Source: an uncultured Candidatus Saccharibacteria bacterium (GTDB taxonomy: Bacteria; Patescibacteriota; Minisyncoccia; Portnoybacterales; UBA2143). From it: a stretch of 64,000 bases of DNA. Of this stretch, positions 36,673-46,362 are shown in pieces. The stretch is from the NCBI GenBank assembly GCA_964594965.1, contig CAZQMX010000002.1, positions 44,306-108,305 of the forward strand, read 5' to 3'. The number at the start of each line of letters is the position of its first letter. Position 1 is the stretch's first letter. Under the pieces are notes generated by a model. It saw only the letters and a program-made list of their open reading frames with translations, had not been told where the DNA came from and ran no database searches. The position numbers and the translations under genes are program-made.

Positions 36673-37605
36673 TTAAATTTCTACGACTAATAAATCTAGA
36701 GCGGTTTGACTGTTTATTCGACCAACTTTTAGACCAAAATCTATCTCTGATAAGCGCTGATAGATTTTTTTTAATCCTTCCAAACTGAAATTTCTTAATT
36801 GAGATGAACTTTTTTTAACAACATAAGGATGAAGTCCGCTTTTCTTAGCCAAATTGTAATAAGGAGTCCCCTTTTCAATTAAATCCTTTAATTTAAGTAA
36901 AGTTCTGACTTGGTAAACCAGCATGGAGAATAAATAGAATTCATCTTCTCCCTGATTCAAATGCTGATGAATAAGTTTTAAGGCAGTTTTTTTGTCTTTC
37001 TCAGCCAAGGCGTCAAGAGTTTTGAATATATTGGTATCAAAACTGGCTTTGACTAATAAATCAACATCTTCTTCAACAATTTTTTTGTCTTTCCCAAAAC
37101 TGGCTAATTTATTAATCTCTGAAGACATTTGCCATAAATCTTTGCCAACATAGGCGGTTAATTTTTTAATTACTTCCGGATTAACCTGGATATTATTTTT
37201 TTCAAACTCTTTTTTTACCCAGTTGGCTAAATTCACTCCTTCTAAAGAATTAAATGCTTCAAGCATACTCAATTTATTCTTAAAAGGAGAAACTGCTAAT
37301 TTGCCTTCCTGGTGAATGACAATAACAATATCCTGGTTATCTTTTAATTTAATTTTCTTGGCGTAATTAAAAAAATCTTCCTGATTTTTTTTATTTTGAA
37401 AAAGATTTTCTAGAATTATTAATTTCTTTTCATCAAACATTGAAACCGCCTCTATTTTCTCCCTGATTTTATCCAAATTCAAATCTCCGTCCCTGAAAAT
37501 TGCCAAACTCAAGCCACTCTCGTGTTTGGCTTCGTACTTCCCAACTATTTCTTTTAATTTCTGGCGGGAACGATAGGTATCCTCGCCGTATAGGAGAATT
37601 AACAT
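36673..37605 (-). CDS. holA: DNA polymerase III delta subunit
   Basis: MLILLYGEDTYRSRQKLKEI N-terminus and ~310 aa helical clamp-loader-like body. Confidence 0.6.
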   Translation of the reverse strand: MLILLYGEDTYRSRQKLKEIVGKYEAKHESGLSLAIFRDGDLNLDKIREKIEAVSMFDEKKLIILENLFQNKKNQEDFFNYAKKIKLKDNQDIVIVIHQEGKLAVSPFKNKLSMLEAFNSLEGVNLANWVKKEFEKNNIQVNPEVIKKLTAYVGKDLWQMSSEINKLASFGKDKKIVEEDVDLLVKASFDTNIFKTLDALAEKDKKTALKLIHQHLNQGEDEFYLFSMLVYQVRTLLKLKDLIEKGTPYYNLAKKSGLHPYVVKKSSSQLRNFSLEGLKKIYQRLSEIDFGLKVGRINSQTALDLLVVEI

Positions 37606-37680
37606 AACTTTATTCTAGCATTGTTTTTAAAAATATAAAGAGGCTGAGTAAATTGACCCAGCCTCTTCAACAGAATCTAT

Positions 37681-38433
37681 CTATTCCCAAAGAACCGAAA
37701 AATCCTCTCGGAAACCCCCGATTAAACATCGGGCGACTATACCAGTGCTTCCCAAGCTGGCTAATCTCATGTCCGGAGGATCGTAGTAAAATCCATTAAA
37801 AATTCCTTCATCTGAATTCTTTAACCTAGAAACCATTCTTAGGGTTTTTGCCTGTATAATTCCACCATATTCGTCGATTTCCTTCCCAATCATAGAAGGT
37901 TGTCTTTCTCCAAGAGAGATGCCTTTTTCCTGGAAAAAAACAATTATAGCTTGGCGAATAGTATCTTTGACAAAATTAGGACATTGTTTTCTGAATTTTT
38001 TTAGATAGAATTCCTTTTGCTTCCCTATCTCTATCCTTTCAATGATTTTTAGATTGGAAAGAAGTTGTTCCTGAAGATTTCTCGCTCTTTCATTTTCTTC
38101 TACCCAACAGGAATAACATTTATCCCCGAGAATAACCGGTGTTCGATGTCTGAAGCACATCTTTGGTTCAGTTTCTTGATTTATCTGATCCTCTGCATTT
38201 TCTACGAATCGAGGGAAAAACCTAGTCAACTTATATTGCCAGCTATTCCAATACCTCTCTTTTTCTGTATAAACTTTTGCCCCTCTTCCCTCAATAGCCC
38301 TTATTCCCTCTCCTATCATTTTTTCAATTCCTTCTAAGAGAATTTTAAGAATGGTTTTTTCTTTTTCATTTTCTGGCCTGATAAAGATCTCTAAGACATC
38401 TGTAATTTCTTGAGCCATATATTCTCCTTGCAT
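37681..38433 (-). CDS. hypothetical protein with CxxC pair
   Basis: ORF of 250 aa; CFRHRTPVILGDKCYSCW Cys cluster; no recognisable family. Confidence 0.4.
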   Translation of the reverse strand: MQGEYMAQEITDVLEIFIRPENEKEKTILKILLEGIEKMIGEGIRAIEGRGAKVYTEKERYWNSWQYKLTRFFPRFVENAEDQINQETEPKMCFRHRTPVILGDKCYSCWVEENERARNLQEQLLSNLKIIERIEIGKQKEFYLKKFRKQCPNFVKDTIRQAIIVFFQEKGISLGERQPSMIGKEIDEYGGIIQAKTLRMVSRLKNSDEGIFNGFYYDPPDMRLASLGSTGIVARCLIGGFREDFSVLWE

Positions 38434-38465
38434 CAGTCACCCCCTATTCAGTTTTTAATATTCAG

Positions 38466-39494
38466 TTATTGCCAAGTAACTTCCTGATTTGGTTCAACTA
38501 TTTGTATCCAGGTTTGGCCTGGAACAAAAGGAATTTCCTTATTGTTTTCATCTAAAAATTTAAGTTTGCTGGTTGGATTTTTTTCGCTTTTCTGCCAGGT
38601 GCAGTCGATAACAATTCCATTCTGATAAATCTGGCACTCGCCGCTTCCTTCCAAATCCAAATCATTGTAATCCGGTCCCTGGATTTGTTTTGAAAATGAC
38701 CTCATGACAACAATATTCTTAGCTTGAATTTGTTTGTCATTGGCTTTATCCATTTCTTTCAGATTAGTCCGGTAGCGGAAATATGAATTAGAATCTGGCT
38801 CATATTGATAGGAAACATTGTAGGGATAAGAATAATTTATCCTTAAAACTTTTCTTTCTTTTGTCTGGCTTTCGTCTTTTTGACTATGAGAATATCCCTC
38901 AAATTCATTTGTCATCCGATAGCCAAGTTTTTTGGCGGCGTTGATTAAGCGGGTCATTGAAGTAAAGCCGTTATGGGGCTGAGGAATTGAACTTTTCTGG
39001 TAAAAGGAATTATATGGATTTTTCATAGCATCAATATTATCCATTATTCCGGCGTCTAAATCATCAAGGGCAAAATGAGAACCGCCCCAATGGACTAAAA
39101 TAGCGTCGAGACCAATAGTTAAAGGAATAAAATCATGGCGGGCGCTTCTTAAAGAACCCATTTCATTTGGAGAATTACATTGATAGACCGCTATAATCCG
39201 GGTAATGCTTTGGGTTATGACCGGCATTTCTAAAACCAAATCTGCTTCTGATAGGCCGGTTAAAGGACGGGTGACCGGGTCATTGGCAAAAACAACTGCC
39301 ATTGGTCTTCTCTGATAATTATCACAGGAAAGACCGGAAAAAGGACTAATATTCTTTCCTCCAATTGTCTGGACTCCGCTCGCCTGATGTTCTATTCTAA
39401 TTACCCGCCCTATTTTCTGCCAAGCAAAAAAAGCTCCGATAGCGATGAGAATTAAAAACGGATACAAAATATATTTTTTCCTAAATATTTTCAT
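38466..39494 (-). CDS. DUF3048 (YerB-like) domain secreted protein
   Basis: N-terminal TM/signal; RPMAVVFANDPVTRPLTGLSEADLVLEMPV resembles the DUF3048 N-domain consensus (RP-AV-IDN-P-ARPQSGL-AD-VYE). Confidence 0.45.
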   Translation of the reverse strand: MKIFRKKYILYPFLILIAIGAFFAWQKIGRVIRIEHQASGVQTIGGKNISPFSGLSCDNYQRRPMAVVFANDPVTRPLTGLSEADLVLEMPVITQSITRIIAVYQCNSPNEMGSLRSARHDFIPLTIGLDAILVHWGGSHFALDDLDAGIMDNIDAMKNPYNSFYQKSSIPQPHNGFTSMTRLINAAKKLGYRMTNEFEGYSHSQKDESQTKERKVLRINYSYPYNVSYQYEPDSNSYFRYRTNLKEMDKANDKQIQAKNIVVMRSFSKQIQGPDYNDLDLEGSGECQIYQNGIVIDCTWQKSEKNPTSKLKFLDENNKEIPFVPGQTWIQIVEPNQEVTWQ

Positions 39495-40347
39495 TTAAGT
39501 TATTGAATCTTTTAATTAAACTCTTGAATTCCAGTTTTTCTAAAAACTTAATTACTTTTTTCTTATCATAATCTTTCATTTTAGATTTTTTGAGATTAAA
39601 GTCAATTGGAACATCTTTTTTAATTGTTGCTAAATACATGCTCAAAAATGCCTGATCTTTGTATTCTAAAAGTCTGGCTTTTAATTTTGGCTCAACTTGA
39701 TTAATTTTCTGATAAAGATTTTCGAGGTTTTTGAATTCTTTAATCAGTTTCAGGGCAGTTTTTTCGCCAATTCCTGTTACACCCGGGATATTGTCAGAAG
39801 GGTCCCCTCTTAATCCCTTAAAATCATTTAATTGTTCCGGAATTAATCCGTAACGGTCTTTAACCGCTTTTTTGTCGTAGATGGCAATCTGGTTAATTCC
39901 TTTTTTGAGATTATAAACCCAGGTATTTTTGTTGACTAATTGAAGAGTGTCCAAATCACCGGTGATAATAATATTCTCTGTTTTCTCTGATTTTTTTGAA
40001 ATTGTTCCAATAACATCATCGGCTTCAAAGCCTTCTTTTTCATAAATTGGGATATTAAATGATTGAACCAATTCCTTGACCAGAGAAATCTGGTCATAAA
40101 GGTCCTGGGGGGCTTTAACTCTTTTAGCTTTGTATTCCTTGTATTCCAAATCTCTGAAGGTTGGTCCGGGTAAATCGAAAGTTGCAACCAAATAGTCCGG
40201 ATTTAGTTCACGGATAACTTTAAATAAAACACTGGCAAAGCCATAGACGGCATTGACTAATTTTCCTTTTTTATCCTTAAAAGGCGGTAGGGCGTGATAA
40301 GACCGGTGGATTAAAGCATTGCCATCAATAATAATTAGTTTTTTCAT
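39481..40347 (-). CDS. 5'-3' exonuclease (stand-alone Pol I N-terminal domain / FEN-like)
   Basis: LIIIDGNALIHRSYHALPP...YKAKRVKAPQDL and the H3TH region GIPGVTGIGEKTALKLI. Confidence 0.8.
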   Translation of the reverse strand: MKKLIIIDGNALIHRSYHALPPFKDKKGKLVNAVYGFASVLFKVIRELNPDYLVATFDLPGPTFRDLEYKEYKAKRVKAPQDLYDQISLVKELVQSFNIPIYEKEGFEADDVIGTISKKSEKTENIIITGDLDTLQLVNKNTWVYNLKKGINQIAIYDKKAVKDRYGLIPEQLNDFKGLRGDPSDNIPGVTGIGEKTALKLIKEFKNLENLYQKINQVEPKLKARLLEYKDQAFLSMYLATIKKDVPIDFNLKKSKMKDYDKKKVIKFLEKLEFKSLIKRFNNLNENI

Positions 40348-40778
40348 AAACTTATTCTCCTCTTATCTTCATCCAGATACTCAAACTTAATTGATAAAAC
40401 ATCTTTTGGCAAGATGTCTTTAATTTTCTCCGCCCATTCAATAACAACAATATTTTCCTTGTTTTCCAGGATTTCCTTAAAATCTAAATCAATCAAATCC
40501 TTGGAATCATTGATTCGGTAACAATCAACATGATAAAAATCCTTTTTTTCGATAGAATACTTCTTGAAAATGACAAAGGTCGGACTGGTAATTTTGTCTT
40601 TTATTCCCAGTCCTTTTGCCAACCCCTGGATAAAAGTAGTTTTACCGGAACCCAATTCCCCTGATAAACCAATAATCGGACCTTTGTCTCCTTTTAATAC
40701 CTCTTCTCCTAGAATCTTCCCTATATTTTTTGTCTCTCTGCTATTTTTTGACTCTATGTTCCATGTTTTATGATTCAT
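40344..40778 (-). CDS. tsaE: tRNA t6A biosynthesis protein TsaE (YjeE ATPase)
   Basis: P-loop GLSGELGSGKTTFIQGLAKGLGI and ~140 aa size. Confidence 0.8.
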   Translation of the reverse strand: MNHKTWNIESKNSRETKNIGKILGEEVLKGDKGPIIGLSGELGSGKTTFIQGLAKGLGIKDKITSPTFVIFKKYSIEKKDFYHVDCYRINDSKDLIDLDFKEILENKENIVVIEWAEKIKDILPKDVLSIKFEYLDEDKRRISL

Positions 40779-40831
40779 GTTTTATGATTCAAGTATAATA
40801 CAATTGACCCTAAAATCAAAATAAGGTAAGA

Positions 40832-42517
40832 TTGGAATATATGGCCCAAATTAATCACAAAAAAAAGGAACTCGAGGAAAAACTGAATCAGATAAACAAA
40901 AAGGAAGAAGAGAAGAAAACCAAACTATTGGCTGAAAAATATGATTTGCCTTATCTTAACCTAAATATCGTTCCAATTGATCCAGATGATGTTTCCTTTT
41001 TACCCAAGGAAAAGGCCTTGGAAGGAAATTTAGCTGTCCTTGAAAAAAAAGGGAAAACCTTGAGAATAGTCGTTAAAAACCCTGAAGATTCAAAAACTAA
41101 ATCCGTTATCGAAGAATTAAAGAAAAAGGGCTATGATTGTCGGCTTTTTCTTGGTTCTTTGACTGGATTAAAAAGAGCCTGGCAGCGATATGAACTAGTC
41201 ACCCCTGAAGCAGTTTCTTTAAGGGGTGTTTTTAATATTAACCAAAAGGAATTAAAGGGATTTGAAAAATCATTAAAAACTATCCAGGAATTAAAGGAAG
41301 TTATTGGCTCTTTGACAACAACTCAACTCCTAAGTGTTGTTTTTGCCGGGGCAATTAAAATGGGTGCTTCCGATATTCATCTGGAACCGAGAAAAGAAAA
41401 TGTCCGTCTTCGTTACCGGATTGACGGAGTCCTACAGGATATTACCCAACTTTCAAGAGGGAAATACAATTTCATCCTTTCAAGAATCAAAACCTTGTCA
41501 GATATGCTTTTGAATGTGACTGATGTTAGTCAGGACGGCCGTTTTAGTATTAAAATTAAAGATGGGGAGATAGAATCAATTGACATTAGGAGTTCAATCC
41601 TGCCCAGCGCTCATGGAGAGAGTATTGTTCTTCGTCTTTTGGGAATCGCTGTGGCTAAACTTGATTTAGAAAAACTGGGTATGAAACCGTCCATTTTTGA
41701 AATGGTTAAGAAACAAATTAATCAGCCCAATGGCATGATTCTATCAACCGGACCAACCGGTTCAGGAAAAACAACAACTCTCTACGCCTGCCTTAACTAT
41801 GTTAACAAGCCCGGAACGAAAATTATTACCGTTGAAAACCCGATTGAATACCAGTTAGAAGGTATTACCCAGACTCAAATCGATGAAAGAGATGGCCATA
41901 CTTTCGGCCAATCACTTAGAGGGATTGTTCGTCAGGACCCGGATGTTTTAATGGTTGGTGAAATTAGAGACCAAGAAAGTGCAGAAATTGCAATCCAGTT
42001 TTCTTTAACCGGTCATCTGGTCTTCTCAACTCTCCATACCAATGATGCGGTCGGGGCTGTCCCCCGCTTGATTGGCATAAAGGTTGAGCCTTCTTCTTTG
42101 TCTTCTTCTTTGAAAATAGTTATTGCCCAAAGGTTGGTTAGAGTCCTTTGTCCTGATTGTAAAAAACCGGCTAATCCATCAGAGGAAATTAAAAAAGCGG
42201 CCAAGAAACTAATTGCCGCCATTCCAAAAACCTCTGGCATTGTCATTCCTAAAAAATTATCCTTTTACCAGGCTAAGGGATGTGACAAATGTCATGGCCT
42301 GGGCTATCAGGGAAGAATTGGCGTTTTTGAGGTTATGGTTATTAACAACCAAATTGAAAAGCTCATTCTTGATAGAGCGACCAGTTATCAGTTGGACGAA
42401 AAAGCCAGGGAAAACGGCATGACAACCCTGATCCAGGACGCTTTGGTTAAAGCCATTGAAGGAATGACCTCCTTGGAAGAAATTGAAAGAGTAATTGGTT
42501 CAATTACCCTTGACTAA
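40832..42517 (+). CDS. pilB: type IV pilus / type II secretion assembly ATPase (PilB/GspE family)
   Basis: Walker A TGPTGSGKTTTLYA; VGEIRD box; C-terminal tetracysteine CPDC...CDKCHGLGYQGRIGVFE. Confidence 0.85.
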   Translation: MEYMAQINHKKKELEEKLNQINKKEEEKKTKLLAEKYDLPYLNLNIVPIDPDDVSFLPKEKALEGNLAVLEKKGKTLRIVVKNPEDSKTKSVIEELKKKGYDCRLFLGSLTGLKRAWQRYELVTPEAVSLRGVFNINQKELKGFEKSLKTIQELKEVIGSLTTTQLLSVVFAGAIKMGASDIHLEPRKENVRLRYRIDGVLQDITQLSRGKYNFILSRIKTLSDMLLNVTDVSQDGRFSIKIKDGEIESIDIRSSILPSAHGESIVLRLLGIAVAKLDLEKLGMKPSIFEMVKKQINQPNGMILSTGPTGSGKTTTLYACLNYVNKPGTKIITVENPIEYQLEGITQTQIDERDGHTFGQSLRGIVRQDPDVLMVGEIRDQESAEIAIQFSLTGHLVFSTLHTNDAVGAVPRLIGIKVEPSSLSSSLKIVIAQRLVRVLCPDCKKPANPSEEIKKAAKKLIAAIPKTSGIVIPKKLSFYQAKGCDKCHGLGYQGRIGVFEVMVINNQIEKLILDRATSYQLDEKARENGMTTLIQDALVKAIEGMTSLEEIERVIGSITLD

Positions 42518-42675
42518 CCTGCAGGCAAAAGCTCCCTGCCTGAGAACAGAGAGAAAGGTCTTTCCGAGGAATAATCCAGCCGGAGCCAAAATATCCAAAT
42601 ACTAAGAGAAAACCCCAAAGAGTCCAAAAATGAACCCCTTTGCCCGCAGATTAGTAAAGGTTAAAGTAATCTAAA

Positions 42676-42703
42676 ATGGAGATAGGAATCATCTCCATTT
42701 ATT
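42676..42703 (+). terminator. possible rho-independent terminator after pilB
   Basis: atggagat-aggaatc-atctccat hairpin followed by ttattc; the AT-rich stem makes it weak. Confidence 0.4.
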
Positions 42704-42756
42704 CAATGATAGCAGATAATATTTCTTTTGTCAACCCCGCCTAGCGGGATAAACCC

Positions 42757-43767
42757 ATGTTAACCAACTCAAAACAACAAAAAGAAGATAAATATCTTGA
42801 TACGACTTTAAGGCCCCGTTCCTTTAACGAATACGTTGGCCAGGAGAAAATTAAGAATAATTTATCTATTCTAATCGAAGCCGCTAAAAAAAGAAGCGAA
42901 GCTATTGATCATACTCTTCTTTATGGTTCTTCCGGATTGGGCAAAACAACCTTAGCCCATATTATTGCCAGAGAAATGGGCGGGAATATTAAGATTACTT
43001 CTGGACCAGCTATTGAAAAGGTTGGTGATTTGGCTTCTATCCTGACGAATCTTGAGGATGGCGATATCCTTTTTGTTGATGAATGTCATCGAATGAATAA
43101 AACCATAGAAGAAACCCTTTATCCGGCTATGGAAGATTTTGTTCTTGATATTGTCATTGGCAAAGGCCCTTCGGCCAAAACCCTTCAATTAGAACTACCT
43201 AAATTTACTTTAATCGGAGCAACAACCCGGATTGGGCTTTTATCTTCTCCTCTAAGGGGTCGTTTTGGGGCAACCTACCGATTAGATTTTTATAAAGATG
43301 AAGACATTGAAAAGATTGTTGCCCGTTCATCTAAAATCCTGGGGGTTGAAATTAAGGATTCGGAAGCTTCGAAAATGATTGCCCGCTGTTCAAGAAAAAC
43401 ACCCCGGGTGGCTAACCGTCTTTTAAAAAGAGCTCGGGATTACAGCCAGGTCAGAAGTGATGGAATAATTGACAAAAAAACCGCCCAGGAGGCGCTTAAA
43501 ATGTTAGAAATTGATCAATACGGATTAGAGCCGTCCGACCGCCATATTCTGGAAATTATTATTAAAAAATTCAATGGCGGACCGGTTGGATTGAATGCTT
43601 TAACAGCTTCTTCAAATGAGGAATCAGAAACTATCGCTGATGTCCATGAGCCTTATCTTCTGCAAATGGGGTTTTTAGCTCGGACTCCCCGGGGAAGGGT
43701 CGCAACCAAACTCGCCTACAATCATCTCGGGATGAAATATGATAAAGAGCAGGATAAATTACTCTGA
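42757..43767 (+). CDS. ruvB: Holliday junction branch migration helicase RuvB
   Basis: [21 protein letters not shown] Walker A; sensor and winged-helix C-terminus. Confidence 0.9.
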   Translation: MLTNSKQQKEDKYLDTTLRPRSFNEYVGQEKIKNNLSILIEAAKKRSEAIDHTLLYGSSGLGKTTLAHIIAREMGGNIKITSGPAIEKVGDLASILTNLEDGDILFVDECHRMNKTIEETLYPAMEDFVLDIVIGKGPSAKTLQLELPKFTLIGATTRIGLLSSPLRGRFGATYRLDFYKDEDIEKIVARSSKILGVEIKDSEASKMIARCSRKTPRVANRLLKRARDYSQVRSDGIIDKKTAQEALKMLEIDQYGLEPSDRHILEIIIKKFNGGPVGLNALTASSNEESETIADVHEPYLLQMGFLARTPRGRVATKLAYNHLGMKYDKEQDKLL

Positions 43768-44028
43768 TTACTGATAAATCCTGTGGGTACCGACTGAATG
43801 AAAATAAATAACACCGTCCCCAGCAAACTCGAATACTATCCTGTATTTATAGCCGACCGAAAAAGACCAAAAGCCTCTAAATTTCCCAGAAAGTTTGTGG
43901 GTCTTTAATTTTTTATCAAAAGGATTTTGACGAAAAATATTTTCTTTCTCTTCCATTAATTTCTTAGCTTTATCGGGTAGCTTCCTGTATTCCCGATAAA
44001 ATTTAGGAGAATATATTATTTTGTCCAT
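43768..44028 (-). CDS. type II toxin-antitoxin toxin, RelE/ParE (YafQ-like) family
   Basis: 86 aa; HKLSGKFRGFWSFSVGYKYRIVFEF..DGVIYFHSVGTHRIY matches the RelE/ParE C-terminal beta-sheet pattern; immediately downstream of a small RHH-like gene. Confidence 0.65.
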   Translation of the reverse strand: MDKIIYSPKFYREYRKLPDKAKKLMEEKENIFRQNPFDKKLKTHKLSGKFRGFWSFSVGYKYRIVFEFAGDGVIYFHSVGTHRIYQ

Positions 44029-44063
44029 TTATTTTCAGCAAGCCCACTCACAAGCTGTATTAA

Positions 44064-44282
44064 TTATCTTAAATCTTTAAAAGACTTTAAAACTTTGCCT
44101 TTTCCATCTAGTATTTCACGATGACTTTCCTCCAATTCAGCCAAAATCTTACTTTCTTCTTCATATTCACGCAAAAGAGAACGAAAGAATTCGCTGACAC
44201 TGGCATATTTGCCCTTTTTGACTTCTTGTTTGACCATCTTTGCCATTTGAGCAGGCAAAGAAATGTTGATAATGTTTCTCAT
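44064..44282 (-). CDS. TA antitoxin, ribbon-helix-helix (ParD/CopG-like)
   Basis: 72 aa; N-terminal NISLPAQMAKMVKQEVKKGKYASVSEFFRSLLREY is RHH-like; upstream of the toxin in the same orientation. Confidence 0.55.
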   Translation of the reverse strand: MRNIINISLPAQMAKMVKQEVKKGKYASVSEFFRSLLREYEEESKILAELEESHREILDGKGKVLKSFKDLR

Positions 44283-44309
44283 ATTGGTTGTTTCTTAGTT
44301 ATATATTAT

Positions 44310-44330
44310 TTGTAATAATCTGTATTACAA
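44310..44330. promoter_or_regulatory. palindromic candidate operator upstream of the TA operon (ttgtaata-atctg-tattacaa)
   Basis: Perfect 8-bp inverted repeat ~30 nt upstream of the antitoxin start; RHH antitoxins typically autoregulate via such palindromes. Confidence 0.35.
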
Positions 44331-44430
44331 TACTAGCAAACCCAAATATCTCTGTCAAGTCCTTCTATTAGGAATATTTTTCTTACCATCTTTTTGCTCC
44401 GCTTCAGTTCTGATTAATGAAATTGCCTGG

Positions 44431-45762
44431 ATGGGGACGAGTGGGTCAGCTAATGATGAGTGGGTTGAATTGTATAACAGCGCCGGTGAAGAAGTTGATT
44501 TAACCGGCTGGGCTTTGAAAGCGGTTGATGGAATACCGGAAATAGGTTTATCAGGAACAATATCCCCTCAGGGATATTTTTTACTTGAACGAACCGATGA
44601 TACCAGTGCCCCCGATGTTGTGGCTGATTTAATCTATGTTGGCGCTCTGTCCAATACCGGAGAAGAATTAGGGCTCTATGACAGTGGGAATAATTTAATT
44701 GATTCAATTGATGCTTCTTCTGGCTGGGATTTTGGCGATAATTCAACCAAACAAACTATAGAAAAAACTGATTCTGGCTGGCAGACCAGTTTAGAAATTG
44801 GTGGAACGCCCAAAGCAGAAAACAGCAATCAGGAAGAATCAGGAGAATCAACCAGCGACGGAACCCCTTCATTTAAGCCGGCAAGTGATTATCCGCCAAC
44901 TGCCAATGCCGGACCGGATATTACTGCTCTGGTCGGACAGGAAATATTTTTTGACGGCAGTCAGTCATCTGATCCGGACTGGGATAAATTAAATTTTTTC
45001 TGGAATTTTGGCAATGGAGCAACCAGTACCCAGGAAAAAATTACTCACGCCTATGATTATCCCGGTCAATACATTGTTTCTCTTTCTGTTGAAGATGATA
45101 AATTCACCCATATTGATATTGCTCTGATTAATATCTATTCCGAATCGGTTGTGATTAGTGAATTTGACCCTAACAACAACTGGGTTGAATTGTATAATCC
45201 GAAGGAGGAAATTGCTAATTTAACTGGTTGGAAATTAAATGATTTCACTTTTCCGGAAAACACCTTTGTTGCTCCGAATCAATTCCTTGTTTTAAATCAT
45301 CAATCCAATTCCAATTCAATCCAACTTTTTTATCCTGATGGCTCTTTGGCCAGTCAAGTTGATTATTCTGAAAAAAAAGAAGGTTCCTGTATTGCTTTTG
45401 ACGGCAATGACTACTTTTGGACAAAAATTCCGACTCCTTCCGCAACTAATATTATTAGTTCAACCGGTCTGGAAAACGGAAACCAAAAGATTCTGAATAA
45501 TCCGGTCATAAAACAAAGCCGGGAAATTCCTAACCCGGATAATTCAGTTATTAATCTCGCTCAAAGTAGTAATCTTTCTGTTCTCGAGTCGGATGATATG
45601 ATAGAAGATAATCCGTATTCTCAGCAATCAGCTTCTTTATCTCAAACCGCTTCTTCAAGCCAGAAATCCAAATTAATTTTAATCATTTCAATTATCATTT
45701 CCGGTTCTCTTTTAGTCAGTTGGGGCCTGATTTTAATCAAAAACAGGGTCAAAACTCATTGA
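44431..45762 (+). CDS. cell-surface protein: lamin-tail domain - PKD domain - lamin-tail domain - C-terminal TM anchor; N-terminus probably extends upstream
   Basis: LINEIAWMGTSGSANDEWVELYN and SEFDPNNNWVELYNP are LTD signatures. PTANAGPDITALVGQEIFFDGSQSSDPDWDKLNFFWNFGNGAT is PKD-like. C-terminal hydrophobic helix. The in-frame upstream region (from 44299) encodes a hydrophobic signal-like stretch with no ATG. Confidence 0.75.
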   Translation: MGTSGSANDEWVELYNSAGEEVDLTGWALKAVDGIPEIGLSGTISPQGYFLLERTDDTSAPDVVADLIYVGALSNTGEELGLYDSGNNLIDSIDASSGWDFGDNSTKQTIEKTDSGWQTSLEIGGTPKAENSNQEESGESTSDGTPSFKPASDYPPTANAGPDITALVGQEIFFDGSQSSDPDWDKLNFFWNFGNGATSTQEKITHAYDYPGQYIVSLSVEDDKFTHIDIALINIYSESVVISEFDPNNNWVELYNPKEEIANLTGWKLNDFTFPENTFVAPNQFLVLNHQSNSNSIQLFYPDGSLASQVDYSEKKEGSCIAFDGNDYFWTKIPTPSATNIISSTGLENGNQKILNNPVIKQSREIPNPDNSVINLAQSSNLSVLESDDMIEDNPYSQQSASLSQTASSSQKSKLILIISIIISGSLLVSWGLILIKNRVKTH

Positions 45763-45819
45763 CACTGACTCTTTGTCAATAGTATCATTAGTAGAGGAGG
45801 CTTTTTTAATATACATACT

Positions 45820-46362
45820 ATGTCCGGTCATTCAAAATGGTCTTCAATTAAACACAAAAAAGCAATTACCGACGCCAGACGGGGTAAGATTTTTTCTAAA
45901 ATATCCCGTTTGATTAGCGTTGCTGCTAAAGAAAAAGGCGGTGATCCGGAAAGTAATTCTAAATTAAGATCGGCTATTGAACAGGCCCGTCAGGTCAATA
46001 TGCCCAAAAGCAATATTGAGAAAGCGATTAAAAAAGGAACTGGCCAGGTCAAAGGGGCTCAAATGGAAGAAATTATCTATGAGGCCTATGGCCCTTCAGG
46101 CATCGCTTTAATTATTACCGGCATCACTGATAACAAGAACCGGGCAACAGCTGAAATCAGACACATCTTAACCAAATTTGATGGAAAGCTGGCTCAGGTT
46201 GGCAGTGTCCGATATATGTTTAATAAAAAAGAGGAGGACTGGGAACCAAAATATCCTGTTGAAATTGCTGACGAAAAAACAAAAAAAAGACTGGAAAAAC
46301 TTTTTGAATCCCTGGATGAAAATGATGATGTCCAGGAAATCTATTCTAATTTAAAAATGTGA
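45820..46362 (+). CDS. yebC: YebC/PmpR family transcriptional regulator (short form)
   Basis: MSGHSKWSSIKHKKAITDARRGKIFSKISR canonical YebC N-terminus. Confidence 0.8.
   Translation: MSGHSKWSSIKHKKAITDARRGKIFSKISRLISVAAKEKGGDPESNSKLRSAIEQARQVNMPKSNIEKAIKKGTGQVKGAQMEEIIYEAYGPSGIALIITGITDNKNRATAEIRHILTKFDGKLAQVGSVRYMFNKKEEDWEPKYPVEIADEKTKKRLEKLFESLDENDDVQEIYSNLKM

Noticed and set aside
40832-42517. pilB as part of a complete type IV pilus locus
   Set aside because: No pilC/pilM/pilin genes adjacent in this window. Only the ATPase is present here, so no locus-level claim is made.
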